A stretch of DNA of 63,758 nucleotides, filler included, from Octopus bimaculoides (taxonomy: Eukaryota), in assembly GCF_001194135.2 (NCBI RefSeq). It is 4 parts of 4 records of this genome, joined end to end, with 100 filler letters (N's around TTAATTAATTAA, not from the genome) between each part and the next. Parts side by side here need not be neighbours in the genome. Positions count along the whole stretch, not along the records: positions 1 to 31,463 come from NC_068982.1; positions 31,564 to 55,087 come from NC_068997.1; 2 more parts are not named here. One strand, written 5' to 3'. Below the pieces are notes generated by a model. It did no database searches, was not told the DNA's origin, and worked only from the letters and a program-made list of their open reading frames with translations. Positions 27,233 through 41,639 of this stretch are shown piece after piece (the stretch's first letter is position 1; each line of letters starts with the position of its first letter). A program made the translations under genes and the position numbers.

Positions 27233-27249
27233 ATTATTATTATTATTAT

Positions 27250-27360
27250 TATTTTATGTTTGACTTCTGCTTTGCATTTGTACAAGTTGGATCCAAGTCT
27301 CACCCAGAGACCTCAAGAGACAACAAGTTAGAAGTTCATGTAGGTGTTATGCCTAGGGTA
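27250..27360 (-). mobile_element. Very short 3' tip of an RLE-type LINE embedded in (TAA)n
   Basis: TGAGGTCTCTGGGTGAGACTTGG resembles the post-stop motif of the other copies. (TAA)n on both sides (27168-27255 and 27362-27465). Confidence 0.65.
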
Positions 27361-27465
<105 letters not shown>

Positions 27466-27479
27466 CATCATCATCAGCA

Positions 27480-27869
27480 TCGACGAGCTGGCAGAATCGT
27501 AAGCACGCCGAGCGAAATGCTTAGTGGTATTTCGTTTGCCACTGCGTTCTGAGTTCAAATTCCGCCGAGGTCGACTTTGCCTTTCATCCTTTCGGGGTCG
27601 ATAAATTAAGTACCAGTTGTGCACTGGGGTCGATATAATCGACTTAATCCGTTTGTCTGTCCTTGTTTGTCCCCTCTGTGTGTAGCCCCTTGTGGGCAGT
27701 AAAGAAATAGGTATTTCGTTTGCTGCTACGTTCTGAGTTCAAATTCTGCCAAGGTCGACTTTGTCTTTCATAATTTCGGGGTTGATAAATTAAGTACCAG
27801 TGAAATACTGATGTCGATGTAATAGACTATCCCCTTCCCCCAAATTTCCGGCCTTGTGCCTATAGCAGA

Positions 27870-27928
<59 letters not shown>
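27480..27928 (+). mobile_element. SINE family A full copy followed by a headless second copy and (TTA)n tail
   Basis: GACGAGCTGGCAGAATCG head. The body restarts at ~27710 (GGTATTTCG...GTTCTGAGTTCAAATTC) with a different 3' end. Confidence 0.85.
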
Positions 27929-27929
27929 T

Positions 27930-28800
27930 TGTAGGTGCATGCTAATTTAATTAGCGGGAATATTATATTGAGTTTCGGCGACAACAAATATCTTCAAATC
28001 TCAAGAATCGTACTTAGGATTCTTGCAGAATATAGGATGGTACTTTTCTGCAAGTCGATAATGGGAGTTTTAAATCAAATTTCTTTCAGTCTTTCAGGTA
28101 GCATATAAGATATTGGGTGAAGTGAAACAATTACTGCAGGAACAAATGATGTCTTGGTCTTCCACAGCCTCCTCAGCTCTCTGGCTAGATCCTGATATTT
28201 CTAATTATTTTCAGTTTCATTGATATTGACTCTGCTATCTTACAGAATTACAAAATCTGTGATCTTACACTGTTTGTTTATGACATCCTCTATGATTATG
28301 CCTGGTCTTCTTGCCCCAGTAGAATGGTCAGTCTTTATGGCGAAGTTCCACAAGATCTTGTAATTCACATTTTATACCACAGACTTTGGTTCGTATACAT
28401 ACCACATTTTTGTATGTTTCGAAACCACGCACTCAGCTAACATCCCAATGTACTCTTTTGCCTACACAGTCACGTCTGTGCAGTAATGTCTGTGCTTATA
28501 CATCTTTTCTGCTAGTATACTGCACTCATTCAAAATGTGAGTGATACTCTTCTCTCCTTTTCTGCAGATTCTACATTTGCACTTTAACTGAATTTTGTTG
28601 ATACTTGCCTTTATCAAATTTGTTCTGAGGGTTATATTTAGCGTCTGAAGTTCCCCTCCGTCTACTAACGCCAGAAGTCTTCACTTCCATCATTCTTGGT
28701 TTGTTGCATGACTTGGCCATGCAGTTCCATCTCTTTCCATTTGTTTATTCTGTTGTTCGTCTCTTTCTCTTTGAAGTCATCTACTGTTTCAGTCACTTTT
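27930..28800 (-). mobile_element. Decayed 5'-truncated RLE-type LINE
   Basis: NKWKEMELHGQ, KCKCRICRKGEKSITHILNECSILAEKMYKHRH and ILWNFAIKTDHSTGARRPGII. The 3' end abuts the (TAA)n at 27874-27928. Confidence 0.85.
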
Positions 28801-28823
28801 GAATATCTCTGACTGCCGAAAGT

Positions 28824-28866
<43 letters not shown>

Positions 28867-29734
28867 ATATCATCATCATCATCATCATCATCATCATTAT
28901 TATTATTATTATTATTATTATTGGATGATCATCCTGATAAAAAATGTTACTATTGTAAAGCGAACTGTAAAATATTTGAAAAAAAAAAAATTGTCGAATT
29001 TGACAATTTCTAGAGTGATTAACCTAAAACAAACATAAAAAAAAAGATCAGCCACAACAGCGACAGCCATGAATAGAATAAAAATGAAAACATTGTCATT
29101 CATTTGATCTTGTGTCTCCTTGCTTAAAAACAATGAAATAAATTACATGAATATTTTTAGTTTGAGCCAAAGAAAATCCTGTGTTCGCTCAGTTATTGTG
29201 ATAGAAGCCATGTTTCTCCACCACTTTAAAAAGAAAAAGAAACATTGACTGATGAGCTCCTAGATATACTATGCTTAGAAATAGGACAGAATAGTCATGT
29301 ATGAAATGGTCATCTATTCCGCTATCTTACTGGTTTCTTCAAGCAAGAGACTGTCGTAGTGAATTCTACACTAACCTTCTACGTGTTATTTTCAGTTGAA
29401 GGTCAGATGAAATTATACCCCACTCCGTCAATAGTACTACAAAGAGTAGAGGCGCCGTATATCATTAGTTTTGAAAGACATTGCGTTCGACGCAAGTGGA
29501 CAAAGCCTGAACTATCTCGTATGTAAAAGTAATGATGATAAAGAGAAGATGTATTTCGTTGAAGATGTAATCTCGTATTGTTCTCATACTCTTGATTTAG
29601 ATTAAATTTAGATTGGAATTTTATTATAGTTTTAATAATTCAGACATTAAAATATGTTGAAACTAATTTAGTAATTGTTCTTCATAGAGATGCTGTCTGT
29701 AAATTGTTTTATCACTAATAATTTAATATACTTT

Positions 29735-29776
<42 letters not shown>

Positions 29777-30807
29777 NNNNNNNNNNNNNNNNNNNNNNNN
29801 NNNNNNNNNNNNNNNNNNNNNNNNNNNNNNNNNNNNNNNNNNNNNNNNNNNNNNNNNNNNNNNNNNNNNNNNNNNNNNNNNNNNNNNNNNNNNNNNNNNN
29901 NNNNNNNNNNNNNNNNNNNNNNNNNNNAAAAGGATGGATGATTAAAATCAAACAATAAGCAACACGGATTTCAAAAGTGATTGCAGTACGCACGTTTCAT
30001 GCTACTTCAATTTATTTAAGCAATGCGAGCATTACCTTAAATGCAATATGAAGAGCAATATTCAGCTGCACGAAAAATGCAGATAAAAGACATATTATAA
30101 ATGTGGCAACATATCAAATCCAAGTGGGAGAGAGCATACATAAAAATCCAAATGTGAGGAAGAATATATAAGTCCATCTTGACATAGCGGGGTCTATCAG
30201 GCTAGTAATTGATTCTAGACAAAAGTTTTAACTGTCTCAGAATTCTATTGTTTTTTATCTAGTGGTGATAGCAAAGGTGATAACAAAGAGTAATTGCGGA
30301 GATATCATATGAATATGGGATGTGGAGGAGAGAAATAGAATATATTGTAATCCACGAGATTCTGAAGTTGCCTGCAAACACAAAGCGTCATTTATATGCT
30401 TTTGACAATTTCGAATATTTATTTATATCTAATTTCCTATATAGAAGTGACGTGACTTATTCCACACTAACATTACTCTATTGCAAAGTTTGGATTGCCC
30501 ATTCACACGACCATATACTTTCTCCAATTTCGTTGACGTACGTGCATTAGCAGAACAAAATTCAGAAAGAATCCACGACTGAAGAAACTTACGGTTTCAG
30601 TCAGTTTTGGTACCTATTAACGAAATTTTATATAACACACGCGCGCGCACACACACACACATACACACACACGCACACGTGTGTGTGTATATATATATAA
30701 GACACATATGTATCAATTCTTTCTCTATACGTTCAGGCAGATTCGAACAAAAATGTTTGCTGACCGTTTTTCTTTTAAACAGCTTACATTTACTTGTAGG
30801 CACGGAT

Positions 30808-30874
<67 letters not shown>

Positions 30875-31507
30875 TGTTCCTAAGGGTTCTTCTGAATGGA
30901 TTTAGGTCTTGATAATCCGTCATCACTGAAAGATTATATACCTTCTGTTCATAGTGAGATTAGTATGGTTATAGTTGTCTACTGTGCGTGTATATATATA
31001 TATATATATGCATATAGAGGTAAACTGATGTTTAATGTGCATAACAGTACATGCGCTGTCAATATGGATTATTCCATCATTCAACCTTTTTGAATAATAA
31101 GAGCGTTTTGAAATAAAATATGTATTTTTTTATATGCACACAGTCGTAAAGATAATCCAATAAGTACTGTGCAATGTACTTCTTTAACACATACACTGTT
31201 ATTCAAAATTCGATAGCGCAGTTTATCCATTCGTTTGCGCTCTAAATAGCTATGTGCAACAAATTTCTCTGTGACTAGATTATGCGTTATAATTAAGATT
31301 CAGTTGAATTAGGTACTTAATTTGAGGCACCAAGTCAGTCCGATATGGTACGCACAGCTCGAAGTTAGGTGAATATACATACATACATACATACATACAT
31401 ACATACACACACGCCCACACACGCACGCACATATATACATACATACATACATACATATATATANNNNNNNNNNNNNNNNNNNNNNNNNNNNNNNNNNNNN
31501 NNNNNNN

Positions 31508-31519
31508 TTAATTAATTAA
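31508..31519. other. Synthetic scaffold-join spacer TTAATTAATTAA (also 55132-55143 and 61509-61520)
   Basis: Identical 12-mer centred in 44 N + 44 N (100 bp total) three times; it carries a stop codon in all six frames. Confidence 0.92.
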
Positions 31520-31563
31520 NNNNNNNNNNNNNNNNNNNNNNNNNNNNNNNNNNNNNNNNNNNN

Positions 31564-31604
<41 letters not shown>

Positions 31605-33429
31605 TGTATGTATTCTCATATATATATATAAATATATATAAGTGTATATATATATATGTGTGTATATAAAACACATATACAATACGCATATATACATATC
31701 TGTATAGATATATATACACACACGTGCATTATGCACATACGGATATACATACACATACACGTACACAGACACACACACACGCACACACACACACACCCAC
31801 ACCCACACAGACACATACACACACACAAACGCACATATACATGTGTGTTTGTGTGAGACTATGTGCGTGTGTGCCTACGCCTAAATCGTATGTGACCGTT
31901 TTGGACAGTCTTGGAAATAAATCATTGATTTAGAAACTTATATATGTGTGTGCTTGGCTGTGTCTCTGCATGTTTATATGTCTGTGTGTGTTTGTGTCTG
32001 TCTGTATATATCTATAAGTATGTGTAAAATCGTGTGAATGTGAATATGTGTGCTCATGATGTACGTTCAAAATTCTATTATTTTGAAGTTTCAGGCCAGT
32101 GGATTTCATTTTAAATTCTTCGATTTTATCGGTATGTGCGCGTATATATCGGTGTAACTGTGTGCACGTGTTTGCACGCATGCGCTTCAATGTGCTTGTG
32201 TTTTTCTATGTACGTGTGTGTTGTGTGCGTTTATGTATGTGCATGTGTGTGTGTGCGTGCGTTTGTGTTTGTGTAAGTGTACATAAATGCAGCTGCAATG
32301 CCATTCCAACGCAACCTCTTACAGTTCCTTTCGGTTTAGGAATTCTTCTCACTTTCTCTCAGTTACTCTCTCTCTCTCTCTCTCTCTCTCTCCTTATATA
32401 TATACATATATATATATATATATANNNNNNNNNNNNNNNNNNNNNNNNNNNNNNNNNNNNNNNNNNNNNNNNNNNNNNNNNNNNNNNNNNNNNNNNNNNN
32501 NNNNNNNNNNNNNNNNNNNNNNNNNNNNNNNNNNNNNNNNNNNNNNNNNNNNNNNNNNNNNNNNNNNNNNNNNNNNNNNNNNNNNNNNNNNNNNNNNNNN
32601 NNNNNNNNNNNNNNNNNNNNNNNNNNNNNNNNNNNNNNNNNNNNNNNNNNNNNNNNNNNNNNNNNNNNNNNNNNNNNNNNNNNNNNNNNNNNNNNNNNNN
32701 NNNNNNNNNNNNNNNNNNNNNNNNNNNNNNNNNNNNNNNNNNNNNNNNNNNNNNNNNNNNNNNNNNNNNNNNNNNNNNNNNNNNNNNNNNNNNNNNNNNN
32801 NNNNNNNNNNNNNNNNNNNNNNNNNNNNNNNNNNNNNNNNNNNNNNNNNNNNNNNNNNNNNNNNNNNNNNNNNNNNNNNNNNNNNNNNNNNNNNNNNNNN
32901 NNNNNNNNNNNNNNNNNNNNNNNNNNNNNNNNNNNNNNNNNNNNNNNNNNNNNNNNNNNNNNNNNNNNNNNNNNNNNNNNNNNNNNNNNNNNNNNNNNNN
33001 NNNNNNNNNNNNNNNNNNNNNNNNNNNNNNNNNNNNNNNNNNNNNNNNNNNNNNNNNNNNNNNNNNNNNNNNNNNNNNNNNNNNNNNNNNNNNNNNNNNN
33101 NNNNNNNNNNNNNNNNNNNNNNNNNNNNNNNNNNNNNNNNNNNNNNNNNNNNNNNNNNNNNNNNNNNNNNNNNNNNNNNNNNNNNNNNNNNNNNNNNNNN
33201 NNNNNNNNNNNNNNNNNNNNNNNNNNNNNNNNNNNNNNNNNNNNNNNNNNNNNNNNNNNNNNNNNNNNNNNNNNNNNNNNNNNNNNNNNNNNNNNNNNNN
33301 NNNNNNNNNNNNNNNNNNNNNNNNNNNNNNNNNNNNNNNNNNNNNNNNNNNNNNNNNNNNNNNNNNNNNNTATATATATGCATATGTGTGTGTGTGTGTG
33401 TGAGTGTGGCTAAAACTAAACATAATTAT

Positions 33430-33580
33430 AAATATTACAGTGACAAGTGCAAGGACAGCCAACAGGATGTATTAGTTTGTTGCTCAGGAGATATGGAAAA
33501 AGTTTTTGATGTTTCTAGCCTACGCTCTTATGCAGAATAGAACGGGGAGGGAGAACAGGTGTAGAGAGAAAAATGTCGAA
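33430..33580 (-). mobile_element. Second copy of the 10700-10905 hammerhead-bearing repeat
   Basis: Minus strand CTGCATA-A-GAGC(GTAG)GCTA-GAAA-CATC at ~33505-33540, plus a shared downstream ACTAATACATC segment. Confidence 0.55.
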
Positions 33581-34169
33581 AAAAAATCGTGTCTGAATTA
33601 ACCGTGCCACATGTTGACATGACCTCATTCGTTTGTACTTGTAGAATTAAGTGACCACAAATTTTAGACCCTGATGAAATATTACACCCTAATACTAAGT
33701 GTTGTTATATGAGGCAGCAAAGAGGCCACAACATGACCGTTCATCTGAAGATAGAAGCCAAATTTTCCACAATTTACACAGTACCTTCTCAGAAATTGAA
33801 TCGATGCACTTGTTAATGGTGAATACGATCCACTTAAAAAGACGAGCTAGTCATCACTGAAGGCTTAAATGTCTTCGAGCATATATCAAATTACAGTGCA
33901 GCCATTGTAGTTTTTAAAAAGAAGAGCACAATACATAATATATTTGAAGATCCTCTTTCCGTAAAGGAGATGTGATGGTCACGGCCACGATTTCTATTGG
34001 TTCTAGGCCTGATCGTTTCTTTAGTTTTATCATTTAATTTTTTCCTCGTGATATTAGGCAGTCCTCATCTCACTTACCACATCTTCGAAAACAGGCAGAA
34101 TTGAATGTGAATGTTATCCTCAAACCAGTGACCTGGCCTGAATACTCGCAACAGAGTCGAGTCCGCTAA

Positions 34170-34600
34170 GGCTACTCAAGGGACGGGAGTGGGGAGTGTG
34201 TTAAACAGGGTGACGAATTAAGTCTACTTCAGTTATGTCTCAACGCTACTGCTATCTAGCACTTTCGGATGATCTCTACTCAATCGCTACACAACTGCTA
34301 CTCAACACACGTACCACGGCCTCTATTTATATGTCTTGGGAGATCCTACTTCTTCACCTGGGGGCGTCGACACAACAACTTCTTATGGAGCTATGGCAAG
34401 ATTCTGACCTCAGAACGCAAAGATCCGGAAAGAATACTGCAAGATATCCAGTCTAATTGTCTGATAGCCTCTCCAATCAACAATCCCTCGCATCGGTTGA
34501 TACTTTAATAATCGACCCACAAATAAATAATAGGCTCAGATTAACACAGCAGGATTTGACATCAGATGGCATTGACTCGCAACAAATACAGGGAGGAATT
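34170..34600 (+). mobile_element. Possible LTR remnant
   Basis: Purine tract AAGGGACGGGAGTGGGGAG directly followed by TG, and AATAAA at ~34525. No second LTR or coding region seen. Confidence 0.25.
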
Positions 34601-35488
34601 CTAGCTAGTACGCTGTGAATTCACAGCTTATCTCGAATGCTAAACAATATCATAAAAAGTAAATTATAATCAACTGGAATTTATATCCTGTAAACGGTGG
34701 AACTTTTTCAACCAGATACTTTCGTTCAGTTTGTTAATACTAAACCAACGATATGTTGCCTATACAAAACCTAGTACAATACAGTTAAAAAAAAACAAAA
34801 AAAACAACAACAGCTAAGGTAATACTAGCACATGTTTGAGTATACAAACTCCTTATTTTAACATATGCAAGCCTACAGTTATCAAGTTTACCATTGTTTA
34901 TAAACAATAACAAGTGCCTTCACTTGTTTATCAGATGGTCAAATATGTTTGTATAGACAAAAGATTAGTCTTAAATTGTAACTTTAAAACCTATCTTATC
35001 GTATCCCTTCTCTTTTCCTTCTTTTTTCCCCTTCACGCGAGAATTTGAAGGATTATATCGTGATTTTTATGGTAGGCCTTAACAATCTGCTGTTGAGGCA
35101 GATGGTCTACGCTAACTCTATGACTTTTGTTTGAATTATTATAGGTTTCTTTTATATCTGTGATTGTGTATGTGTATGTGTGTGTGTTTATGTTTGTGTG
35201 TGTTGGTACATAAGTGTGTGTTTATTAGTGTGTATATATAAGTGTGCGTATGCGGGTATGCGTGTGCATGTTTTTTTTTCTCAGTAAATATCTCGAGCGA
35301 TGAAACTCTAGTTAGGGTAATGCATGTACAGTTATACACACACAGTGACACACGCACGCGCATGCACACAAAAGTACATATACATATTTCCACACACACA
35401 CACACACACACACACACAATATCCTTGCATTCACTCTCTATTTCCTATCTTATCTAAACTAACCATTGCTTAACCATCCTCTCACACC

Positions 35489-35536
35489 GTCTCCGATGAA
35501 GTGATATAACAAATATCCTGGACACATCTGTAAGAC
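35489..35536 (+). ncRNA. Decayed minimal type I hammerhead motif
   Basis: GTCT-CCGATGA-A-GTGATA..TATCCT-G-GACA-CATCTG-TA-AGAC. Helix I GUCU/AGAC intact; core mutated. Same family as 47771-47818. Confidence 0.5.
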
Positions 35537-35783
35537 CCTCTATTTATAAATGTTCTATATTATACACAGCCTTGGTTTTTTTTTTATCTCATTACGAAAA
35601 CTAAATCCTTATATACACACACGCTGATATATGACCTATGTTGGACCCCTTATTCGCATAATCACCAAATCTGAAGCTTAACTATGGTCTATCCATAGCA
35701 CTTACTCAGCATTACCTGAAACCTCTGAGTCCAATAACACGTCTCTCTCTCTCCATATATATATATATATATATATATATATC

Positions 35784-35816
<33 letters not shown>

Positions 35817-36362
35817 TATGTATACATGTATGTGTGTGTATGTATATGTATACATGTATTTGTATGTATAGCTATGCATACACACAGTGGTATATTTCCA
35901 TCGGGAGACAGAAAAAGTTGATTCCTATATCTGGTATTTCTACAATTTCTCAGAGAATATATTTTGGCCATCTTAGATCTAGCAGATGACTATATTATAG
36001 AAAGACGCATCTCAGTGCAACATCTGCTGTAATAAAATGTAACGTACTTACATACATACATAACTGCATGCATACATACATACATACATACATACATACA
36101 TGGCTTCGTTGTATTACATTCTCAACGAAGAATGTTCGGAAGATAGAGTTAGCGTGCTGTTTTGTATGTTCTTTTATTGATACTTCATGGTGGTCTGTTA
36201 TGAGAAGCAGACCATTAAATTGTTGGGTGGGTCGAAAAGGTTTTACGTCTAGCCCCCCCCCTCCACTTAAATCTGTTTTACATATGATGCCCATTACAGA
36301 CAAACAATTACATACACGTATTTATACACACACACACATACACATTGAATATATATATAGGT

Positions 36363-36757
36363 GCAGGAGTGGCTGTGTGGTAAGTAGCTTGCTTACCAAC
36401 CACATGGTTCCGGGTTCAGTCCAACTGCGTGGCACCTTGGGTAAGTGTTTTCTACTATAGCCTCGAACCGACCAAAGTCTTGTGAGCGGATTTGGTAGAC
36501 GGAAACTGAAAGAAGCCTGTCGTATATATGTATGTATATATATGTGTGTTTGTGTTTCTGTGTTTGTCCTCCCAACATCGCTTCACAACCGATGCTGGTG
36601 TGTTTACGTCTTCGTACTTAGCTGTTCGGCAAAACAGACAGATAGAATAAGGACTAGGCTTACAAAGAATAAGTTCTGGGGTCGATTTGCTCGACTAAAA
36701 GTGGTGCTCCAGCATGGCCACAGTAAAAAAACGGAAACAAGTAAAAGAGTAAAAGAG
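36363..36757 (+). mobile_element. SINE family B, full length
   Basis: GCAGGAGTGGCTGTGTGGTAAG head, GGTTCAGTCC box B, ACCTTGGG(C/T)AAGT (CORE-like motif), central (TA/TG)n, 3' GAAACAAGTAAAAGAG. Confidence 0.9.
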
Positions 36758-37561
36758 TATATATATATATATATNNNNNNNNNNNNNNNNNNNNNNNNNN
36801 NNNNNNNNNNNNNNNNNNNNNNNNNNNNNNNNNNNNNNNNNNNNNNNNNNNNNNNNNNNNNNNNNNNNNNNNNNNNNNNNNNNNNNNNNNNNNNNNNNNN
36901 NNNNNNNNNNNNNNNNNNNNNNNNNNNNNNNNNNNNNNNNNNNNNNNNNNNNNNNNNNNNNNNNNNNNNNNNNNNNNNNNNNNNNNNNNNNNNNNNNNNN
37001 NNNNNNNNNNNNNNNNNNNNNNNNNNNNNNNNNNNNNNNNNNNNNNNNNNNNNNNNNNNNNNNNNNNNNNNNNNNNNNNNNNNNNNNNNNNNNNNNNNNN
37101 NNNNNNNNNNNNNNNNNNNNNNNNNNNNNNNNNNNNNNNNNNNNNNNNNNNNNNNNNNNNNNNNNNNNNNNNNNNNNNNNNNNNNNNNNNNNNNNNNNNN
37201 NNNNNNNNNNNNNNNNNNNNNNNNNNNNNNNNNNNNNNNNNNNNNNNNNNNNNNNNNNNNNNNNNNNNNNNNNNNNNNNNNNNNNNNNNNNNNNNNNNNN
37301 NNNNNNNNNNNNNNNNNNNNNNNNNNNNNNNNNNNNNNNNNNNNNNNNNNNNNNNNNNNNNNNNNNNNNNNNNNNNNNNNNNNNNNNNNNNNNNNNNNNN
37401 NNNNNNNNNNNNNNNNNNNNNNNNNNNNNNNNNNGGGATTAAAAAAATATAGCCTTTGTTTTTCAATAAAATAAGGTCGTCTCGGTTGATACATACACCC
37501 AATATATATAAAAAAATATTACCTGAGGTGTAATAATAACAACAACAACAACAACAACAGC

Positions 37562-37643
<82 letters not shown>

Positions 37644-37914
37644 GTAGTAGTAGTAGTAGTAATAATAATAACGAGGAAAAAATTTGAAACAAAAAAAGCA
37701 AAAATATCTTTCTAAACCAATGTATATCCTTATTACCTGGCATTTCCGTTGATCGATTTAACAATATCGATAATTGTTTCATGCATAGTTAACGAATGTT
37801 TAGATTGATAATAAATAAACAATAAAACAACGGTTATTGATTATATCTTGCTGAAGAGTGCAGCTGTACGGTGGATTGGAAGAAACACCGTTGCAGTAAG
37901 AACAGCAGGCGCAG

Positions 37915-38050
37915 ACATGGCGGTGTGGTTCGTACCAGGTTCAGTCCTTCTGTGTGGCACCTTGCGTGTCTTCTGCTATAGCCCCTCACCAACCAAAGAC
38001 GTGAGTGAATTTGATTGACGTAAACTAAAAGAATCCCGTCATATGTACAC
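37915..38050 (+). mobile_element. SINE family B, diverged 5' half
   Basis: CATGGCGGTGTGG...GGTTCAGTCC...GGCACCTTG...CTATAGCC...ACCAAAG. Confidence 0.6.
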
Positions 38051-38264
38051 AGACAGACAGACAAGCACATACATGCAAACACACATACACACATACACAC
38101 ATATATCTGTATATCGATCAGTCGATCTATCTATACATTCACATATCTATATATACATACTAATCTATGTATATGTACATATATATATACATATATATAC
38201 ATAACATAAATAATATATAAATATAGGCATGTATCCATACGGTAACTGTGGAGAAAAAGATAAT

Positions 38265-38300
38265 TTTTTAACGTTTCGATCATAGTTCTTCGTCAAATAG
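38265..38300 (-). ncRNA. Decayed minimal hammerhead motif
   Basis: Minus strand TTGACGA-A-GAAC(TAT)GATC-GAAA-CGTT-AAAA. Confidence 0.45.
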
Positions 38301-38448
38301 AAAAACGGAAAAGACAAGAGAAGTAAAATTACCACCAACAGCAAGTGTGTGCCTACATGGCTGACAGTTACACACATCGTATAAAATCAAACATACGTTG
38401 AGACAGACAGACGGATAGGCAATTAGCTAGAGAGACAGACAGACAGAT

Positions 38449-38458
38449 TGATAGATAA

Positions 38459-38532
<74 letters not shown>
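38449..38532. repeat. (GATA)n microsatellite
   Basis: Seen directly. Confidence 0.95.
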
Positions 38533-38534
<2 letters not shown>

Positions 38535-39130
38535 ATTTACTACTGATAGTTATATCTATGTATGCGATTATATGCTCTAATGTACGTCACTCAATTTCAA
38601 CATTTTAATCAGGCTGGATTACAAACGATTTTGCTGAAAATAATCATTGCACTTGATAAATTAGTTTCTGCTACGTCAAAGTGTTATCAATATTTTTCCA
38701 GGCAGTACACTTTTTGTTGCAATAATCCTTGTCTTAAACCTTGTCTTCGTTTGTAGCATATGGTGGTATTGTTTTGATTGTGTTCCGGCAAATTTCTTGA
38801 TTAGACTCATAGAATTATTCACGAATATAGAAACAGAGAGACTGAAGTGTGTGTGAGTGTGCGTGTTTGTATATATACTTATATAGATATATATATATAT
38901 ATATACATATGCGAGTGCGTGTGTACACACGCACACATACGCGTGCTCAAAGAGAGTGTAGGGAAAGACAGACAGCTATACACATACATACACACAGCAC
39001 ACGCACACACTCGTATTTATTTGTGTGTGAGTGCGTGTGTATATCTATGTGCATAGATTAACATGTGTATATATATAGGTATACATGCATGTATGTATGT
39101 ATGTATGTATGTATAAATTAACGTGTGTGT

Positions 39131-39169
<39 letters not shown>

Positions 39170-40145
39170 TGCGTGTGTGTGAGTGTGTCTACAGACGCAA
39201 ATATGCATACATACTTGAGAATACACACACAGACACATGTTCAGGGAGCGTGTGGGGTAAGACAAACAGACCAACAGACACACAAACACAAACGCACACA
39301 CACTCACTCACACACATAAAAACACCCCAATCAATATTCTGTTAGATAAACAACTTACATAGCGTCTTTGCGTACCGCGTGACATAAAGTTTAATTTTAC
39401 GTTTATCATTCATTTGTCATGTAAAAAGGGTCATTAAGTTCGAATGTGTTTTGTTACTACTATCATTTATGTTAATAATAATACATACTAATATAGATAT
39501 ATAAATTGTTGTATGAGTTTATCTAGGTTGTAAGTCTACAAAATATGGCAGTCAACTACATATTGTTCCCAATTTTTCAGCAGATAATTATGGAAATTTA
39601 TACTGTACATTATTTTTGCTTGTTTATACATTTAGACTTCTAAATATATAATGACAGTAAGCGTATGCTGTCATTGTATCCATCTCAATTGCAGATATTT
39701 GTTGGTACCACACACCGTAACTTTTGCCTTTGGCTTGTATTATGCCTTATGAAAATGCAAAATAGCCTATGAGGTTATGTATCTATATACTTGTTTTTCT
39801 TTCTCTCTCTCTCTCTCCTCAAGTCCTTTCTTGCTATCTGGACATATAAGCCCTTATTCCCTGTCCTCGTACTTCGTATTTTTTGTTGTTTATGTTTTGT
39901 GACGTCCTGTGCTCACATATGCATATGTATATACGTATACATGTAAGTATGTACGTATACGTATGTATATATGCATATATATATATATATATATATANNN
40001 NNNNNNNNNNNNNNNNNNNNNNNNNNNNNNNNNNNNNNNNNNNNNNNNNNNNNNNNNNNNNNNNNNNNNNNNNNTATATATATCACGGTGGTGCACCAGC
40101 ATGACCGCAGCCACTTGGCTGAAACACATAAATAAAAAAATAAAA

Positions 40146-40177
<32 letters not shown>

Positions 40178-40449
40178 TTATTTATATTATTATATGATTG
40201 AACGCCACGCATCCTTCACTACAGGATACCTTGAGTAAGTATCTTTCAATAATGCCCAGACCAGCAAATGCCATGTCAGCACATTTGGTTGATGGAAAAT
40301 AATAGTCACCGTCTTATATATAAATATATACACATAAAGCTACACGCACAAATGTAAATACACGTGCACACACATGTATACACGCACTTAAAAATATGTG
40401 TGCGTTTGTGCATGTTTGTGCATATACACACATACACACTTCACACCAG

Positions 40450-40715
40450 CATTGATTCTCAAAGCACAAGTCCAAGCAAAGCTGTTTTATGGAAGACCTG
40501 TAGTCGCTCATACATACCAGCCTCCCTTCTCCAAGCCACCGATGTAATCCAAGGGAATGACAAAGGCTGATACAGCTTGGCACCAGTGATATCGCAACTC
40601 ATTTCTACAGCTGAGTGAACTGGAGCAACGTGAAATAAAAGGTCTTGCTGAAGCACACAACTCCAGGAATTCGAACTCACTACCTCATGATTGTGAACCT
40701 GACGCTATAACCAGC
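40450..40715 (-). mobile_element. SINE family D
   Basis: Homologous to 25390-25725 (CATACCAGCCTCCC...CTCATTTCTACAGCTGAGTGAACT). Confidence 0.8.
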
Positions 40716-41066
40716 ACTAGAACTAAATATAGTAAGTCACAGTTTGCCTACAGTCCGATGAACGAAATAAGTAAGAGAAAATCATAAACGATGTAAAACT
40801 ACATTGTGGACACAATCTTTCCTTTCGCAAGTCGGTGAAACAGAGTACGAACGCGGTAACTGTCAACGTCACAAACCTAATACGCCATCAGTGTCTAGGT
40901 AGGGTTGCGTCTGTGTCGTCGATGTCAAAATAGCCTCCCTTCTCAGTTTTAATTCGGCCTCCATCTGGTAAATTTCATATGGCAACATGCATTATTAACG
41001 ACGGACGCATTAAAACAAACAATTTAGTTGTTCGCTGACGTGGTCAAGTACTCCACATAGTCATTA

Positions 41067-41100
<34 letters not shown>

Positions 41101-41269
41101 NNNNNNNNNNNNNNNNNNNNNNNNNNNNNNNNNNNNNNNNNNNNNNNNNNNNNNNNNNNNNNNNNNNNNNNNNNNNNNNNNNNNNNNNNNNNNNNNNNNN
41201 NNNNNNNNNNNNNNNNNNNNNNNNNNNNNNNNNNNNNNNNNNNATATTTGGTGTTCACTTGCTTCAGCT

Positions 41270-41340
41270 TCATTTTATATCAATTGTATTTCGGCCAGAG
41301 TTCTTTCGTCACACTTCTGTGGCCTCATCAGTGATCCTTT
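41270..41340 (-). ncRNA. Hammerhead core with intact helix II
   Basis: Minus strand CTGATGA-GGCCA..TGGCC-GAAA-TACAATTGATAT-A; near-palindromic helix III. Helix I poorly supported. Confidence 0.5.
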
Positions 41341-41639
41341 GCTTACTTCTTTCTTTTTTGTATGTCTCTCCTTTGCCATTTTGTATCATTAGTAATGTCG
41401 GCCCGAAGCTATAGTAGAAGACACTTGCCCAAGGTGCCATGTGGTTGATGGTAAGCTTTCACAATCTGCAAGAGGACAGTATGCAACTGTTAGCTACGGG
41501 TGTCCACTACCTACTGAACGTTTCGTATGCTTAGTCAGATGCTTTCCGGCGAGTTCCTATCCAAACGAATAGGAGAAGGATTGGCGTTGCGAAAACGCAA
41601 GCAGGGATATATATGGGTTAAAAATTATTATTTTTGTTG

